Shown: positions 22,806 through 35,526, counted from the first letter of the stretch. The stretch: DNA of 64,000 bases from Minutocellus sp. GHC0000111 (GCA_977018835.1 OZ361259.1:1302001-1366000), one strand, 5' to 3'. The notes: generated by a model not told the origin, from the sequence alone. Program-made: numbers and translations.

Positions 22806-24120
22806 CATAGAAGATAATCACCTTGCCCTTCTCCGGCTTGACCTTGAGACCAACGTCGCATCGCTTGAAGTCATATGGCTGAGGGGCACCATTGAATCGC
22901 GGGAAGACGGTCTCGCCTCCCTTGGCGACGTCGCTGAGGTACCAAAACACCGTGGCTTGACGATTCCTCCGACCATTCTCAATCAGCTGCAAAGTGCCAG
23001 GGCTTGCCTGGTACAATGCCGGGTTGAAGAAATCGTGATGCGCGTCGTATTTTTCCGTGTAGCCATACCGCAGAACCTGCACATCCTCCTGATTCTGACG
23101 AGGGATGCGCGTCAAACTGGCCGTCCGTTGCTCAATCTCGTACAAGATGGGAGTATCTTGCCTGGCATGTAAAAAGGTCGATTGCGAAGTTCTCCAATCA
23201 CTCGCGGGTCGGCCCTTGTCCTTGTCCATCAAACTGACTCCGCTGTAGGCCATGCTGGGACCGGCCTCGTTTTGGATGTAGTCGCATTCGTCATCTCCGA
23301 TGAAGCCCTTGACGCTAACGACCAGAGGTTTGAGCGACAGGGTCTCGATCTCGGCCGTGCGGTACTTCTCGCCGGCTCTCCACGTCGTACCGGGAGGGCC
23401 CGGCATGACGGAATACAGATCGATGGTACGGTTGAAGCCGATGCGGACACCAGGCCAGGTCCAGCTACCGCCCTCCATGATAATCACCATCTCTGATTGG
23501 AGAAGATCCGCGATGGCCTCTGTTGACGTGAGCTCGTCCAGTGCCCCCCAAAGCCGCTCACCGCGAGGCGTGAACAGCGCGTAGGGCTGCTGCAGCGGTC
23601 CCGGGAGGGGCAACTTGAGATGTTCCTCGAGGGACTTCTTCAGCACGGCCGCATTTGCTGCGGCGTCCGATTGTGTGGTCACCTCCGACGCATCGGCGGT
23701 GCCATGGAACGTGCCGTGCATACCTCGGTAGTAGCTGTACTGCATTCCCTGCTCCGACCTGGTGAAACAAACAATGTGCATTCCGACAGTGGGCTCGTCG
23801 TGCAGGAATTGAGATAGATTTTCATCGTCGCACGCAAAATGAAGCGGTAGGTTTTCGTTGGCAGCATCCAAAGCACGGCCAGCTGCAGCGGGGGAAGCGA
23901 CGCCATCTCCAGCATCACCCCCCTGGCTCTCCTGGTTGAGGTACCTGGGTGCCAATGCGATGCCGGCCGCCAAAATGCCGACGGCAATCAGCAGATGAAA
24001 GATACCGATCCCGCCACCGCCTGCGGATACCGGCTCCTCATCAGGGACCTTCTCGAATGCCTTTCCGGCATAGGCCGTTTGGGAGACCTTCTTTACTGGT
24101 ACGGACTTCTTCTTGCCCAT
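22805..24120 (-). CDS. Prolyl 4-hydroxylase (algal/plant type), 3'-truncated
   Basis: TM anchor; LSLKPLVVSVKGFI..DECD, RTSQSTF, QVLRYG..EKYDAHHDFF, NRQATVFWYLSDVAKGGETVFP, GLKVKPEKGKVIIFY. The distal H..CPV and K.....W motifs are absent. Confidence 0.85.
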
Positions 24121-24160
24121 CGTTGACTTGAAGCTAAGCCGAGTAACCATGAACAAAAAT

Positions 24161-24216
24161 GAGCACATTGATGATTCGCAAGCAAGCCGAGCACATTGAT
24201 GATTCGCAAGCAAGCC
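24161..24216. repeat. 28 bp exact tandem duplication upstream of the P4H start
   Basis: gagcacattgatgattcgcaagcaagcc x2. Confidence 0.9.
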
Positions 24217-24498
24217 GAGCCGTAGCATAGCCAGTTTTTGCAGTGATAGGCGAGTGTACTTTTTATCTAAGTATGTACGGAAGATACGTTACGTACGTAC
24301 TCAAGCCCACGCACCCCAGCACAAGCCAAGGCGACAAAAAAAAGTCAAACTTCCCGAAGTTGCGCATCTTCCTCGTTTGCCGGCAATGAGACCTGCAGAC
24401 TGACGCGGTGGCCCATTGCTCACAGCCCAGCCCTTTGGTGACAAATTTCGGCACTTTCCCATATCCCTCAGTATCAACAAGCTACTATTATCTCCAGC

Positions 24499-25865
24499 AT
24501 GCCCGAATATCTGCTCGATCGCATCGGCGGCGAACCCGCTCTTGAAGGTGAGCATTGTTGTGCCGCTACTTTCCTCTTCGTCCTTCGTCCTGCATTTCTT
24601 CTTTATACTTCCCTCTCATGAATTCTTTGGCGACGCACAAACTGATGACGAATAATGCTTCCTCCTCCTACTCCTCTCTTCTTCTTTCTCCAGCCGCCGT
24701 CGACGTCTTCTATGGCAAGGTCGTCGCAGATGAGAAGCTCGCCGACTTCTTCAAGGGCATCACCATCGAAACTCTCAAGGAGCACCAGCGCAAGTTTCTT
24801 CGCATGGCGTTCACTACCATCCCCAAGAGCATCAACGTTGAGGAGTTCATGTACGACAAGCACAAGCGTCTCTTTCTCGAGGGGTTGTCGGAAGTGCACT
24901 TCGACCTCGTCGCTGGACACTTCGTCGCCACGTTGGAGCAGCTCAATGTCCCCGCCGACCAGATCAAGGAGGCCACCGACATTGTCGTTCCTCTTCGGCC
25001 CATCTTTGAGCAGGGTGCCGCCAAGGCCAAGAAGAGTGCCGAAGAGGAGAAGGAAGAGGAAACCCGCACGCTCTTGAAGCGTCTCGGTGGAGAGGCCGCT
25101 CTCGAGGCTGCCGTGGATATCTTCTACGAAAAACTCATGGCCGACGCCGACCTCAGCCCCTTCTTCCAGGGACGCGACATGGACCAGCTCAAGCACCATC
25201 AGCGTCAGTTCATGACCATCGCCTTTACCAAGATTCCGGAATCGCTCGACGTTGGCAAGTTTATGTTCGAGAAGCACGAGAAGCTATTCCTCATGGGCCT
25301 GAATGAGCTTCACTTCGATGCTGTGGCGGGGCATTTCATCGCCACGCTCAACGGCATGGGCGTCGAGCAGAAACATATTGACGAAGCCGTTGGCATCATC
25401 GCGCCCCTACGCCCCATCTTTGAGCAGGGAGCTGCCAACGCCAAAAAGCACGAAGAAGAGAAGAAGGAAGAGGACGAGCAGCAGGCCCATCTCCTTGAGC
25501 GCATTGGCGGAGAATCGGCCCTCAAGGCTGCCGTCAACGAGTTCTATACCAGACTTGTCGTGGACAAGGAGCTCGAGCGTTTTTTCGTTGGTGTGCCGCT
25601 GGACGTGCTCAAATCGCACCAGGAAAAGTTTATGCGCCTGGCATTCACCAATGCCGTCCCAGCCGATATGGATGTGGCCGACCATATGAGGACCAAGCAC
25701 TACCGCCTGTTTGCGATGGGCCTTGATGAAACTCATTTCGATAAAGTGGCCACCCATTTTGTGGAGACGTTGCAGCACCTTGGCGTCTCTCAGTCTCTCA
25801 TCGATGAAGCAGTTGGACACATTGCGCCTCTCCGAGCTGTATTCCAAAAGGGTCTGAAGAAGTGA
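24499..25865 (+). CDS. Three-domain group I truncated (2/2) hemoglobin; exons 24499-24547 and 24694-25865
   Basis: Three copies of LL.RIGGE.AL.AAV..FY..L..D..L..FF......LK.HQ..F...AF ... H..L...GL.E.HFD.VA.HF..TL; GT-AG intron 24548-24693. Confidence 0.92.
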
Positions 25866-25953
25866 GCGTAAGGAGTTCAGCATGATCTGAAATGCAATTG
25901 CACATAGGTTACTCTGAGATAATATGTATGTAGTACAACATAAAAATATAGAT

Positions 25954-28900
25954 TTATACACCAAACGCATTAATGCTAGGCAGATTCGAGACAATATCGC
26001 TGAAGCTGTCCATCGACCCCGATCTTTTCAAGGAAGAGTTGTTCATTTCCTCTTGCGCCCCTCCCGAATCGGAAACCTTACCAGTGGCGCTCTCCTCGTT
26101 TTCATTTGCATTGCCCTTCTGAACACTGCCAGCTCCCTTCTCCTCCTGTTCCTTGAGCTGCCGCAATCTTCGCGACAGTTGATTCTTGCGCTGGGCAAGA
26201 GATACGCCATCCGAGTCGAGCACTGTTGCTGCCGCACATCGGCCCTGAGTTGGCGGGAACTGGAACCCTCCAATTTCAAGTGCTTCACGAAGTGAAATAT
26301 TGGCGTCACGCGTCTTTGCCTCAATCGCGGCAATCATTCGGGGGTCACTCTGACGGCCGCCCTTGGGAGCACCCTTCCCATCACCACTTTTCTTGGATTT
26401 GGTCTTGGACTTCGGCTTGAATTGCTTCTTGCTCTTTTTGCTGGATTTGGCGTTACCGCTGGCATTAGGTGGAGCACATGATATCGCCTGCTGGATAGGG
26501 TCATATTTCGGGAGCGTATGAGGCTGTGACAATGTGGTGAAATTTGGTCCGTTTGAGAATGCTGGTGATTCTCCAAAATATCCCTCGACGGCGCCAATTT
26601 CTTCCTCAACGTCATCACATAGATTCATTTCGTTTTCGCTTCGGCGTTTCTTAAGCTCGTGTCCAGACTCTGTGAAAAACTTCTTTGCAACTTCATCGCT
26701 GTATACATATTCGTTTTCACTTCCTCTTTTCTGACCGCTATGTGCTAGAGCGCCTGCCTGATGCTCGGCCATGATATTGCTAAAGGAATTGCCCTGCGAT
26801 GCAGTGCCAATTGGCTCTGGCTCGAAATCAGCGAGATTATAACCCATCCCACTAAGATCATGTTCAATGTTTTGTGGCACCTGTTGCTGCTGTAACTGCT
26901 GCTGTTGCTGCTGCTGTTGCTGCAGATTGTATCTCTGCTGGCATTGCCGAATCAGATTACCTTCCGCCATGAGCCTGTTAGCAAGCCATACCTCTCTATT
27001 GACTTCGACAGTACCGCCAACCTCGACCGGTAACACATTGCTAAAGAGCCGATACTCTGCCAAGCTCCGAGCGGTATCCGCCGGTCCGCCGTAGTGCGTC
27101 TTGGTCCGAAGTCGCATTTCTCTACCCAAAAAGTACTTGATTACAGGAAAAATGACGTAGTAGGATATGGCCGAAGGGTTGATCAGATGAAGTCCACGGC
27201 ACCGGAGAGGGAGATTGTCGTAGATGAAAGGTAGCAAGGCCCTCATCGCCGATCGGTCGTACTTTTTCGAGGGAATTTTCATGTTTACAATCATGACGAA
27301 CCCGCGACGACGGACAACAGGGTCGGAAGCAAGATCTTGGAAGAGATAGAAGAGAGACTTCATCTGTGCATCGTTGATGGTGGGAAAGGAAAGATTTATA
27401 GAGTCAGTGCAATGTATATTGGATAAATTCATACAGACTTGAGGCAATGTGAAAACAAATCATATACTTACCGCGCTGTTGGTGGAAAATTTCTCCAAAT
27501 CCCTTCGGTTGGGATCCAAGAACAGGATGGCCCGTCCGGCCCCATCGCGCTCCTCCAACACGTGCAGGATGCTGTGCTCCATGTAGTGCGACAGTTCCGA
27601 TTCGGTAAAACATTGGGCCAGAGTCATATCGCCCGTACCGGTCGGGCCGGTGCTGGCATACGGACAAAAGGCCTCGGCGCCAAACACCGACGCCTTGATG
27701 CGCCAGTACTTGCACAGTTTCCGTGCCGCCCTGGCGGCATCGTACCCCTCCCGTTCGAGGTAGGCGGTGCGGTAGCAGTCCCAGGCTTCCTGACCGGGAT
27801 TTCGATTGTTGGAAGAAGAGGACGGTGGGCACCGCCTCATGGCCGTGAGGTAGTCGGCCTTGTCCTCCGGCGGGAGGGCGGCGATCTCCCGATCCAGCCG
27901 CAGGAGGGCCGGGCCGATGTGCTCGAGATGACTCTGCGTCTCGACCACCGACAACTGCTGGAGTTGTAGGGTCGTGGCATGTTGACCGGCGTTGGCCGCC
28001 AGTCCAGGTTGGCTGACGGATGCACTTCCGGCGGAAGCCGCCATGTTGAGACCGTCGAACTGAGAGATGATGCCCCGCGGGTCGGTCTCGGCATCGGCCA
28101 ACTCGGTGGGGGATATGGTGGCCATCTCCATCTGCTCGTCTTGGGCCGTGAAGGCGGCCACTCCATCGTCGGTGGGGCCGATGGGCGTGTCGGCCGTAAC
28201 CTTGGCCCCAATGCTCATGGACGATGCCTGCCGGTGGCCCGGCACGGCGCTTCGCTGAAGGAGCTGGCTGGCACTTGGAACTTGCTGCTGGACCATTTGA
28301 GATCGTAGATCTAGGCTTTGTTCTTGTGGCATGTGCATCTGGCTTGTTGAGTTACCGTACTGAAAATTTCCCGGCTGCGTGTTGTTTCCATTCAAAGAGT
28401 TGTTATTCCACATGGTATTAGTGCCGATTTGTTGTCCGATCGGATGATTCGACATGTTGCTGTATGTATTTCCAAACATGTTATTTGAGTTTCCCGTAAT
28501 AGTGTTCTGATACGAATCCCCCGAAACATCACCCTGCTGCTGCGGCTGCTGCTGATGGTTGTTTCCGCTATCGACCGGAGACGGACTGGACATGGCCGCG
28601 CTGTTATAACCGCCCTGCTGCGCCGTCGCATAACTCGCATCGGGCGAGGTAGACGAAGCACCGCCGCGATAATCGTTGTTATTATTCGAGGAAGAAATCA
28701 TGTCCATCCCCAGGGCCATGGCCGCTAGGGCGCTGGCCGACATGTTGTTCGGTAGATGTCCCGACGACGAGGTATCTTCTCCGCCGCTTTGGGTTTGGAA
28801 CAGCTGCTGTTGCTGGTAACTGTCGAGGGTCGACGAGCTGCCATCGTTATTGTGGCTCATGTCGGCGGTGACGTCCGTGTAGCCACTGGTCCGCACGTGC

Positions 28901-28956
28901 TTGGAACTCGACGACGATTGCTCCAAAGGCGATTGCGTTCTGGAGAACTCTGGCAT
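25954..28956 (-). CDS. CRAL-TRIO (Sec14-like) protein with Q/N-rich N-terminus and conserved C-terminal DPRM...QRKNQL domain; intron 27364-27471
   Basis: YLEREGYDAARAARKLCKYW..K..VFG, RDGAGRAILF, LPLRCRGLHLINP, LPVEVGG. The phase-0 intron joins NSA to MKSLFY. Confidence 0.8.
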
Positions 28957-29489
28957 TACTCGTGGAAGAGGGAGGAAATATCAGTCAAATAAATGGACGC
29001 GTCGAACTTCTTTTCCGGTATTGGCCTGAAAGCGCCGACTTGAATGCTCGCGGCCTGTGACTGATTTATTGATGGATTGGTTCGATGATTCCTTCCAATC
29101 TTTCAATCAAACTGAATGTGCTCCTCCTTGAGTACAGAGTTCTTTTTCGCTTTACCGATGTGCATGCCAATAATGCAGGCGAAATAAAAAGTGAGGCACT
29201 GAGAGTTTGTTCACAATTGACAATCGTGCTCTAAACGTAACTGTTGATCGGAATGATGCTGCGGCGCGTGTGTGTGGGTTGGTCTTTGGCTCTCATCCAT
29301 GTCGCTTCCATGTCCTTCTTCCTTGTGTGTGCTTGATCGTGAAGCAGGATTGCAACTGCCACTGTGCGTGTGTTGTGATCAAAATGGCGAAGGCGCGAGG
29401 CTGGTGGAAGAAACGGCCTTGGCGCGGCTTTGTGCAGTTCATTTTCTGAGATGGCATCTCGTCTGGGTTTCTGACATTTCTGGGAAGCA

Positions 29490-32400
29490 CCTATAGCGAA
29501 AAGGAGGGGCAAATGGTCAACCCCGCCGCCAACCCCCGCCGTCCAAATCGGGTCATTGCTCATTAATCGCATGATAATTTTACATAGGTGTTTCCCCTTT
29601 TTATATAAAACCTACCTCGAATTCGGAGTTTTGATTTTCTTTTGTACGGGGATAAATGAAAATCTGCTACAAAATAACTTCGTGATAAAAAGCTATACCC
29701 CCTTTTCTTTATTTTTTTGAGATGCCGGTGTAAATTTATACCGTGGATGCGTGACGTCATGCGCCCAGGCAGCGGTGGAGGCGGTGGATTTCCCCTTTGT
29801 TTGGTCGTTGGGTGTTTCCCATTTGTGGCGCGGTTGAAAAATCCAGCGGGAATGCGGCAGGTTGGCAAAATTTTCTCCACGGCCACGGAGTTCGTCAGTT
29901 CGTCCGGCACCGAGTTTGTGATGGTGGAGTTTTTAGAGCTTTTAGATGACGTGGAAGTACTGATTCCCAAAAAAAAACAACAGTTCTTTATGACGTGTTT
30001 GTACCGATTCCCTAAAAATTCCATTGTCTTAATGGCGTCATTTGCTCTTTGTCTGGTGTTTTTTGAGGGTGCACCATCCCGCCAAAAGAATGACAAACGA
30101 AGCAAAGAAGAAAAGCATAATCGAATCGAGCAGCCATCTTTCAGTGCGCAATGCAACGGAATACCGCTGCCCTGGTAGCGAAGAGTTGCCTTGCCATGGC
30201 TAGGACCATCGGAGCAAAGGACCGGTCCAGAGGTCGAGTTCGCGATGAGACTGAAGACCAGAGATCGGCGAGGGTGGCGAAGACAGCCGAGACAAGAAAA
30301 GCTAACAAGAGGAAGAAGGATGACGCCGAGAGAGCAGCTACTGCTCATCGCAAGTTCGGTTTCTTTGAAAAGCGCGCGAGAAAGAGTGCCGATCATCGCA
30401 CCGACGGTGACGACACGAGTGGTGGTGGTGCCGGCGACGATTCGGACAACACAAGTGGCGATCACCCTGTGGCCGACAATGAGGCAAACCCCGCCGATGA
30501 CGAAGTCTCTGACGCCGGCGAAGATGGGGAGCTTACCGCCGAAGATTTGCTCGCAACCTTCGCAGCCACCGGCGATGGTGTCGAGACGCACGTCCCTCCC
30601 GACGTCGCTGCCAACTACGACGTGGCCGACGAGGGATCGGGTGATGTTGACGAAGAGGGTGGCGGTGACCGTGGTCCTGACACAGCAGCACCAGCAGGAT
30701 TGATGGGAGCCTACATATACCATGTTCACAAGCGGCTCAAGTATGAATTGGGAAATGAAATCAAAGGTTTGGAGGAAAAATGGCTACTGAACTTTCTCAG
30801 GAAGAAGGAGAATAGGTGGTGGATTCGAAACGGACATGCTGAATTTATATGCAGCAAAATTCCTGACCTGGAATATGGTGAACAATCATATTACAGGGAT
30901 ATTCGGGTTTGGTTACCAGATCAGCAACATGGGGCGCATTGCATGCCTTTTTGCGGTACCTGCAAAAGCAATGAGAATGTCGGGCCTCATTGCTTTCGGG
31001 ACAATCACTTTTCTCGGACAGTCATCGGGCTGAAACAGAACTACTACCTCATTTCTAGGCGGTATATTTGTCACCAATGCACAAGAGACGCCGATGCGCT
31101 CAAGAAGCGGCTAGAAGAGGAGGCCGCCAAAGGCCAGTTGCATGTTGTAGTCGAGAAGCCTCCGGCGAAGACTTTTATGGGGTGGAATGCGGCCTCCAAC
31201 AATCTCCTGCCCTACGGCAAAGGCGATGAATTCCCAGCGTTCCTGACTTGGCGGGCTGCGGTTGATAAAGGTCTCATTGATTTGATGAGGCCTCTGTTTG
31301 ACTTTGGTGTGCGGCCAGAGCAGTTTTCTAATTTAATTCTTGAGCAGCACGCAAAAGAATACTCTCGCCAATACCTCAAGTATGAGCGCAAGCTGGAAGA
31401 AGAAAACTTTCAAGGAAAGAAGCCTCAAATGTATTCTGATTTTGCCGACAAAGAAAAATATGCCGGCATTGTTCCTACCGGTAACTACTTTGCTTTGGTT
31501 TACAAGCGATACCACAAGACTATACGCACGTTCCTGTCGAAAGAAGTCAAGAAGCGAGACTCCCGGCAGCTGAGTTGGGATGTTTCCTACAAAGTCAATA
31601 AGAAGATGTGCCAGTACCATGGACAGTCGGTAATTTGCATGGTGGTTACGTATACTTTTTCATTTATCATTGTAGCTACTTGTGTTGTTGCCAACATGCC
31701 ATGTCACTCTATGCTATTCATGCCAAACACAGGTATTTAAGGGCCTCGTAACTGCCACAAATGAGTATGGCGAGATACGAATTCAGTTTTACGTCGTTAC
31801 AGGCGGTCACGACCAGATGGAATCTGCCATCCAAGCTTTCCTAGCCACAACCAATGCATATGGACAGCGCCCTCTCGACCTCATCTTCTCCGATAATCCA
31901 GCTGCCGATGATGAGTGGTTCAAGTCCCAGATTCCTTCCATTCAAGCGTCCCAAGACCGACTCGATGAGGCTACCTCCACAGAGAATGCTAGCATCTTCT
32001 GTCCCCGGTGCCGGACGCAAGGGCAGCAATGCCAACCCGTGCAGTTGGAGGCACCACTATTAGCCCATGCGACACAACAACCAATGCAGGACGAGGTCGG
32101 CGGAAACAAGACAAAACCAAGAGGAAACCAAGAACATGCCAACGTTGCAAAAAAGTACAGGGGGGGTGACCCATCTATCTGTAAAGGGAGGGGTCCAACT
32201 GGCACTTGTGAGTTTTATGAAGAAGATGGACGCCCAAAGTAGCATAAATATTATTCAAGCAACCATGCTTATGCAACTCATGTAACGCTGACAGCAACTC
32301 AACCACAATCGAATAGAACATACACGAGCTCACCTTGCATGACTTCCTCTCTTCCAATGCGCGTAAATGCCAGTGTGTTGCATGCGCCATTTGATGTCCG

Positions 32401-32990
32401 ACATTGTGTATGCCCTTTGCCCTTGATTTCTGGCGTCGGATGCCTAAATACAAAAAGTTGCAACAACTTTCTGCTATCAAACAAGATGGAACACCATTTC
32501 TTTGCGAAATCGCTTCAATTACACATTGGCCAACACAAATAAGCCGAGAAATGACGTTCCATTTATCTTGAATAGGGGCAGATCCATCTCTGCAGCACAT
32601 CGGCGGGTGAAGATTTTTTGGGCGATTTTTCGGCGCGCGGCAATGCCGGCCGCAAAAGATACGCACGCAGTACTAGTATTTGGCGCCGCTAAGACCGCTA
32701 CCAACTCCCAAACTATTTCAGTACTTGAACCATGGTACGAGGGAGGTGGTGGTAGGTTTGGGATGCCGGGGTGATAGTCGGATGTGGTTGTAAAAACTGG
32801 CAATGTCTGTGGCCGACGGATGGCGGGCGCACGGTTGAAGGCCGACGTTACTGGGTTGGTCCGATATGGAGGAACGCCCACGCGCTGATAGGAATTCCGA
32901 ATAAGAGTAATTGAGTCCGCCTTGGCGGTATCTTGGTGGGCCCGTAGCTAAAACGCGGCAACGGCGACAACACACTCGACGCCGGCCATG
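29490..32990 (+). mobile_element. Probable DNA transposon remnant (DUF6729-type); boundaries approximate, TIRs not identified
   Basis: Transposase-like gene with long non-coding flanks in an otherwise compact gene order. Confidence 0.5.
30196..32242 (+). CDS. Transposase-like protein (DUF6729-like + partial RNase H-like core + C-terminal Cys cluster); intron 31630-31732; probably internally deleted
   Basis: VWLPD..MPFCGTC..R.VIGL..YYLISRRYICHQC, FPAFLTWRAAVDK, LSWDVSYK, GLVTATNEYGEIR, IFSDNP, then an abrupt jump to CPRC...CKGR...CEFY. Confidence 0.65.
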
Positions 32991-33203
32991 GTGTCAAGCA
33001 AAGATCGCGTTCGCTCTCTCTCTCTCCCTCCTTTTCTTCCTTTTCCCCTCTTCCCCTCTTCTTTTTCCTTTTCTCTCGCTCGTTATTATCGCTCCACCAG
33101 CACGAAATTTGATCCGTTCGTCCGGCCCCTCATGCGACAAAACTAAACGTGCGTTTGGAGACCGACCGGGGGGGGTATACCACTCAGCTCGGCTTTGAAC
33201 GCC

Positions 33204-34526
33204 ATGCTTCGTCGGAGCCACACACTTATCTTCCACTTGGCCACGGCGTTCGTCTCCTTCTTATGGAATCCACACGTCGGTGATGCGTGGGTATCCGGTG
33301 GAATCGCAAAGAGGCAATCAAACCGCGTCCCGAAATCGGCCCATTCGCTCCATGCATGTGCTCGAAAGGACAAAAGTTATCAAGAAGAAGATGAATTGCC
33401 AATAATACCATTATCAAATGACGACCAAGAATGCAAACCCAGCGCAACAACAGCTTCCAGACGAGACTTTCTAACAAAAACCACAGCATCATTGGCTGCC
33501 CTCACCAGCCCCATACTTCTCAATGCAAAGGCTTCATATGCAGCACAAACCACCAACATCGTTACCACCGATCAGCAGCAGCCGGAAACAAGCTTGCTCG
33601 CGGTACCAAATCTGCAATGCCTGACGGACCTACCGCCGATAACTCCTGGATGTGTCCGCATCTATCTCTGCCGACATGGCCAGACAGAGAACAATCGATT
33701 GCGCAAGGTGCAGGGTGCTAGGGTGGATCCCTCGCTCAATGTCTATGGAGCCGAAATGGCTTCCCGCATTGGCATGGCCTTGTCGTATCTGCCAAAGGAG
33801 GCCCAGCCCACCGTCGCAGTGCACAGTCAGCTTACCCGTGCGAGGGAGACGGCGCAGATTGCCACCAAAACCCTGAGCGATATACGATCGTCTAGTCAGC
33901 GGAAAACAAATCCCGATGTGCAGTTGGACCCATCTTATCTCGTCCAAACGTATGGTCGTGAGGGGACCATATCGGTACCAACACTGGCAGAGCTGGAACG
34001 AACTGGTATTAAAGACGTGACACTGCCGAGTCTGGGAGAGGTGGACTTTGGCACGGGATTCGATGGGGCTAACGTGGAGATGGTGAAAGCAGGGATGTAT
34101 GCCACATATGCAAGCTGGTCGGTTGGTGCGATTGATCGGCGGATGGACGGGGGTGGGGAAAGTGGACGAGAGGTTCTAAACCGAGCAGCATCGGCCCTGT
34201 CGTCATTAGCAGATATTGCCAAGACCAATGGTGGAACTGTCTTGGCCGTCAGTCATTCCACGTATTTGAGAACGTTGCTAGGTGCAGTCATGGATGTATC
34301 GTTGGCAAAGGCTGCTACCACGGAGCAGAAGAATGGCTGTATAAATGTTTTGGATATAAATGTTGAAGGCGTGACAGCAAAGCTTGGCCCAAAAAGTGGA
34401 TTGTTTGGAGGCAGTTTATCTCCTGTGTCCGACTTTGAACTAGTTCTTCCGGAGACACACATGATACGAATGAATGAATTTCGACACCTGGAATGCATTA
34501 CGTGGCCCACTGCTGATGCTGTCTAA
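33204..34526 (+). CDS. Histidine phosphatase (phosphoglycerate mutase family), plastid/thylakoid-targeted
   Basis: IYLCRHGQTENN, HSQLTRARETA, LGEVDFG, GGESGREV..R, VLAVSHS; signal peptide plus SRRDFL...ASYA twin-Arg-like motif. Confidence 0.85.
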   Translation: MLRRSHTLIFHLATAFVSFLWNPHVGDAWVSGGIAKRQSNRVPKSAHSLHACARKDKSYQEEDELPIIPLSNDDQECKPSATTASRRDFLTKTTASLAALTSPILLNAKASYAAQTTNIVTTDQQQPETSLLAVPNLQCLTDLPPITPGCVRIYLCRHGQTENNRLRKVQGARVDPSLNVYGAEMASRIGMALSYLPKEAQPTVAVHSQLTRARETAQIATKTLSDIRSSSQRKTNPDVQLDPSYLVQTYGREGTISVPTLAELERTGIKDVTLPSLGEVDFGTGFDGANVEMVKAGMYATYASWSVGAIDRRMDGGGESGREVLNRAASALSSLADIAKTNGGTVLAVSHSTYLRTLLGAVMDVSLAKAATTEQKNGCINVLDINVEGVTAKLGPKSGLFGGSLSPVSDFELVLPETHMIRMNEFRHLECITWPTADAV

Positions 34527-34627
34527 GAATTTAGCGACGTATCTTATCTTCAGCAGAACTCAACAATGATTGAACGAATCTAATTTACAACTGAATAGAG
34601 TTATTCGGAAATGGCGTGATAATTGTC

Positions 34628-35041
34628 TCACTTGGACGATGGTCTTGGTTGAAGCTGGAAAGGTTGGGCGTCAGTCCTCTCAAAAACATCGGAGATGAAA
34701 AGATTTTCGGGAAATTCGACCTTGGCGATGCTTGGGGGTGATAACGAGGTTTGGCACAGGCTATGTTCCTTTGGGCTTCCGTGGATACTATCAATGCTGA
34801 GACCTACGTGAATAGAATGAATTGTACCCTTGCTCTTTGCGGTTGCGTTTTGCTTCCACGCAATATCGTCATCGATAATTGTCGAAGCAGGAGTATAGGC
34901 AGGAAGCGCTGGATTATCTTTGTCGATGGGCGGAGTGGGTGGAGTGGAGAGTCTAATCATATCGAGTTTACAGCCCATTCGACGTAGACCTTCTGGGCAG
35001 GTCAATGAAGGAGGCGCCGCTACTAATTTCATTTTCGGCAT
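34628..35041 (-). CDS. Possible short hypothetical protein
   Basis: 137-aa ATG ORF with no recognisable motif. Confidence 0.2.
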   Translation of the reverse strand: MPKMKLVAAPPSLTCPEGLRRMGCKLDMIRLSTPPTPPIDKDNPALPAYTPASTIIDDDIAWKQNATAKSKGTIHSIHVGLSIDSIHGSPKEHSLCQTSLSPPSIAKVEFPENLFISDVFERTDAQPFQLQPRPSSK

Positions 35042-35526
35042 ATCGAAAGCAAGGACATCTAGCTAATGGCTGTTGCTACTTTGACGGTTGCTCAGAACCT
35101 CATACGAAGAGCATGAAGCGAAACCGCCTCTGGGCGATGCGTTTATGAGCCATCACTTCTTCGAGAAGTATTTGCCGTGGCCCGTTCCTACACAAGACGC
35201 CGCCTCGGGTACACATGATTGGCGATGGGTCATGGCGGCCGGCTACCGCTTCCCCAAGGCGATTTCTTCAATTCGCATGATTGCTTGCTGACTTCTCCTC
35301 GGCTCCCCTATGCTTTTTCCCTCCCAGCAACATTTAAGCCCCCCTTCTGTTGGAGCAAAACAAGACGGACGGTTGAGTCTCGCTCCCCCCTCAAACCTAG
35401 AGATCGATAATCTAAAGGCAATTGAAAAGGTTTCTTCGTCTGTAGTTATGAAATAGGCTAAGTCGGGAAATATATCGCATTATTCTAGCTCACGGCATTT
35501 TTTTTCATTCTAAAAAGATTGATCTC

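Noticed and set aside
29695..33181. TIR pair tataccccc / ggggggtata
   Set aside because: Only about 9 low-complexity bases match and there is no TSD.
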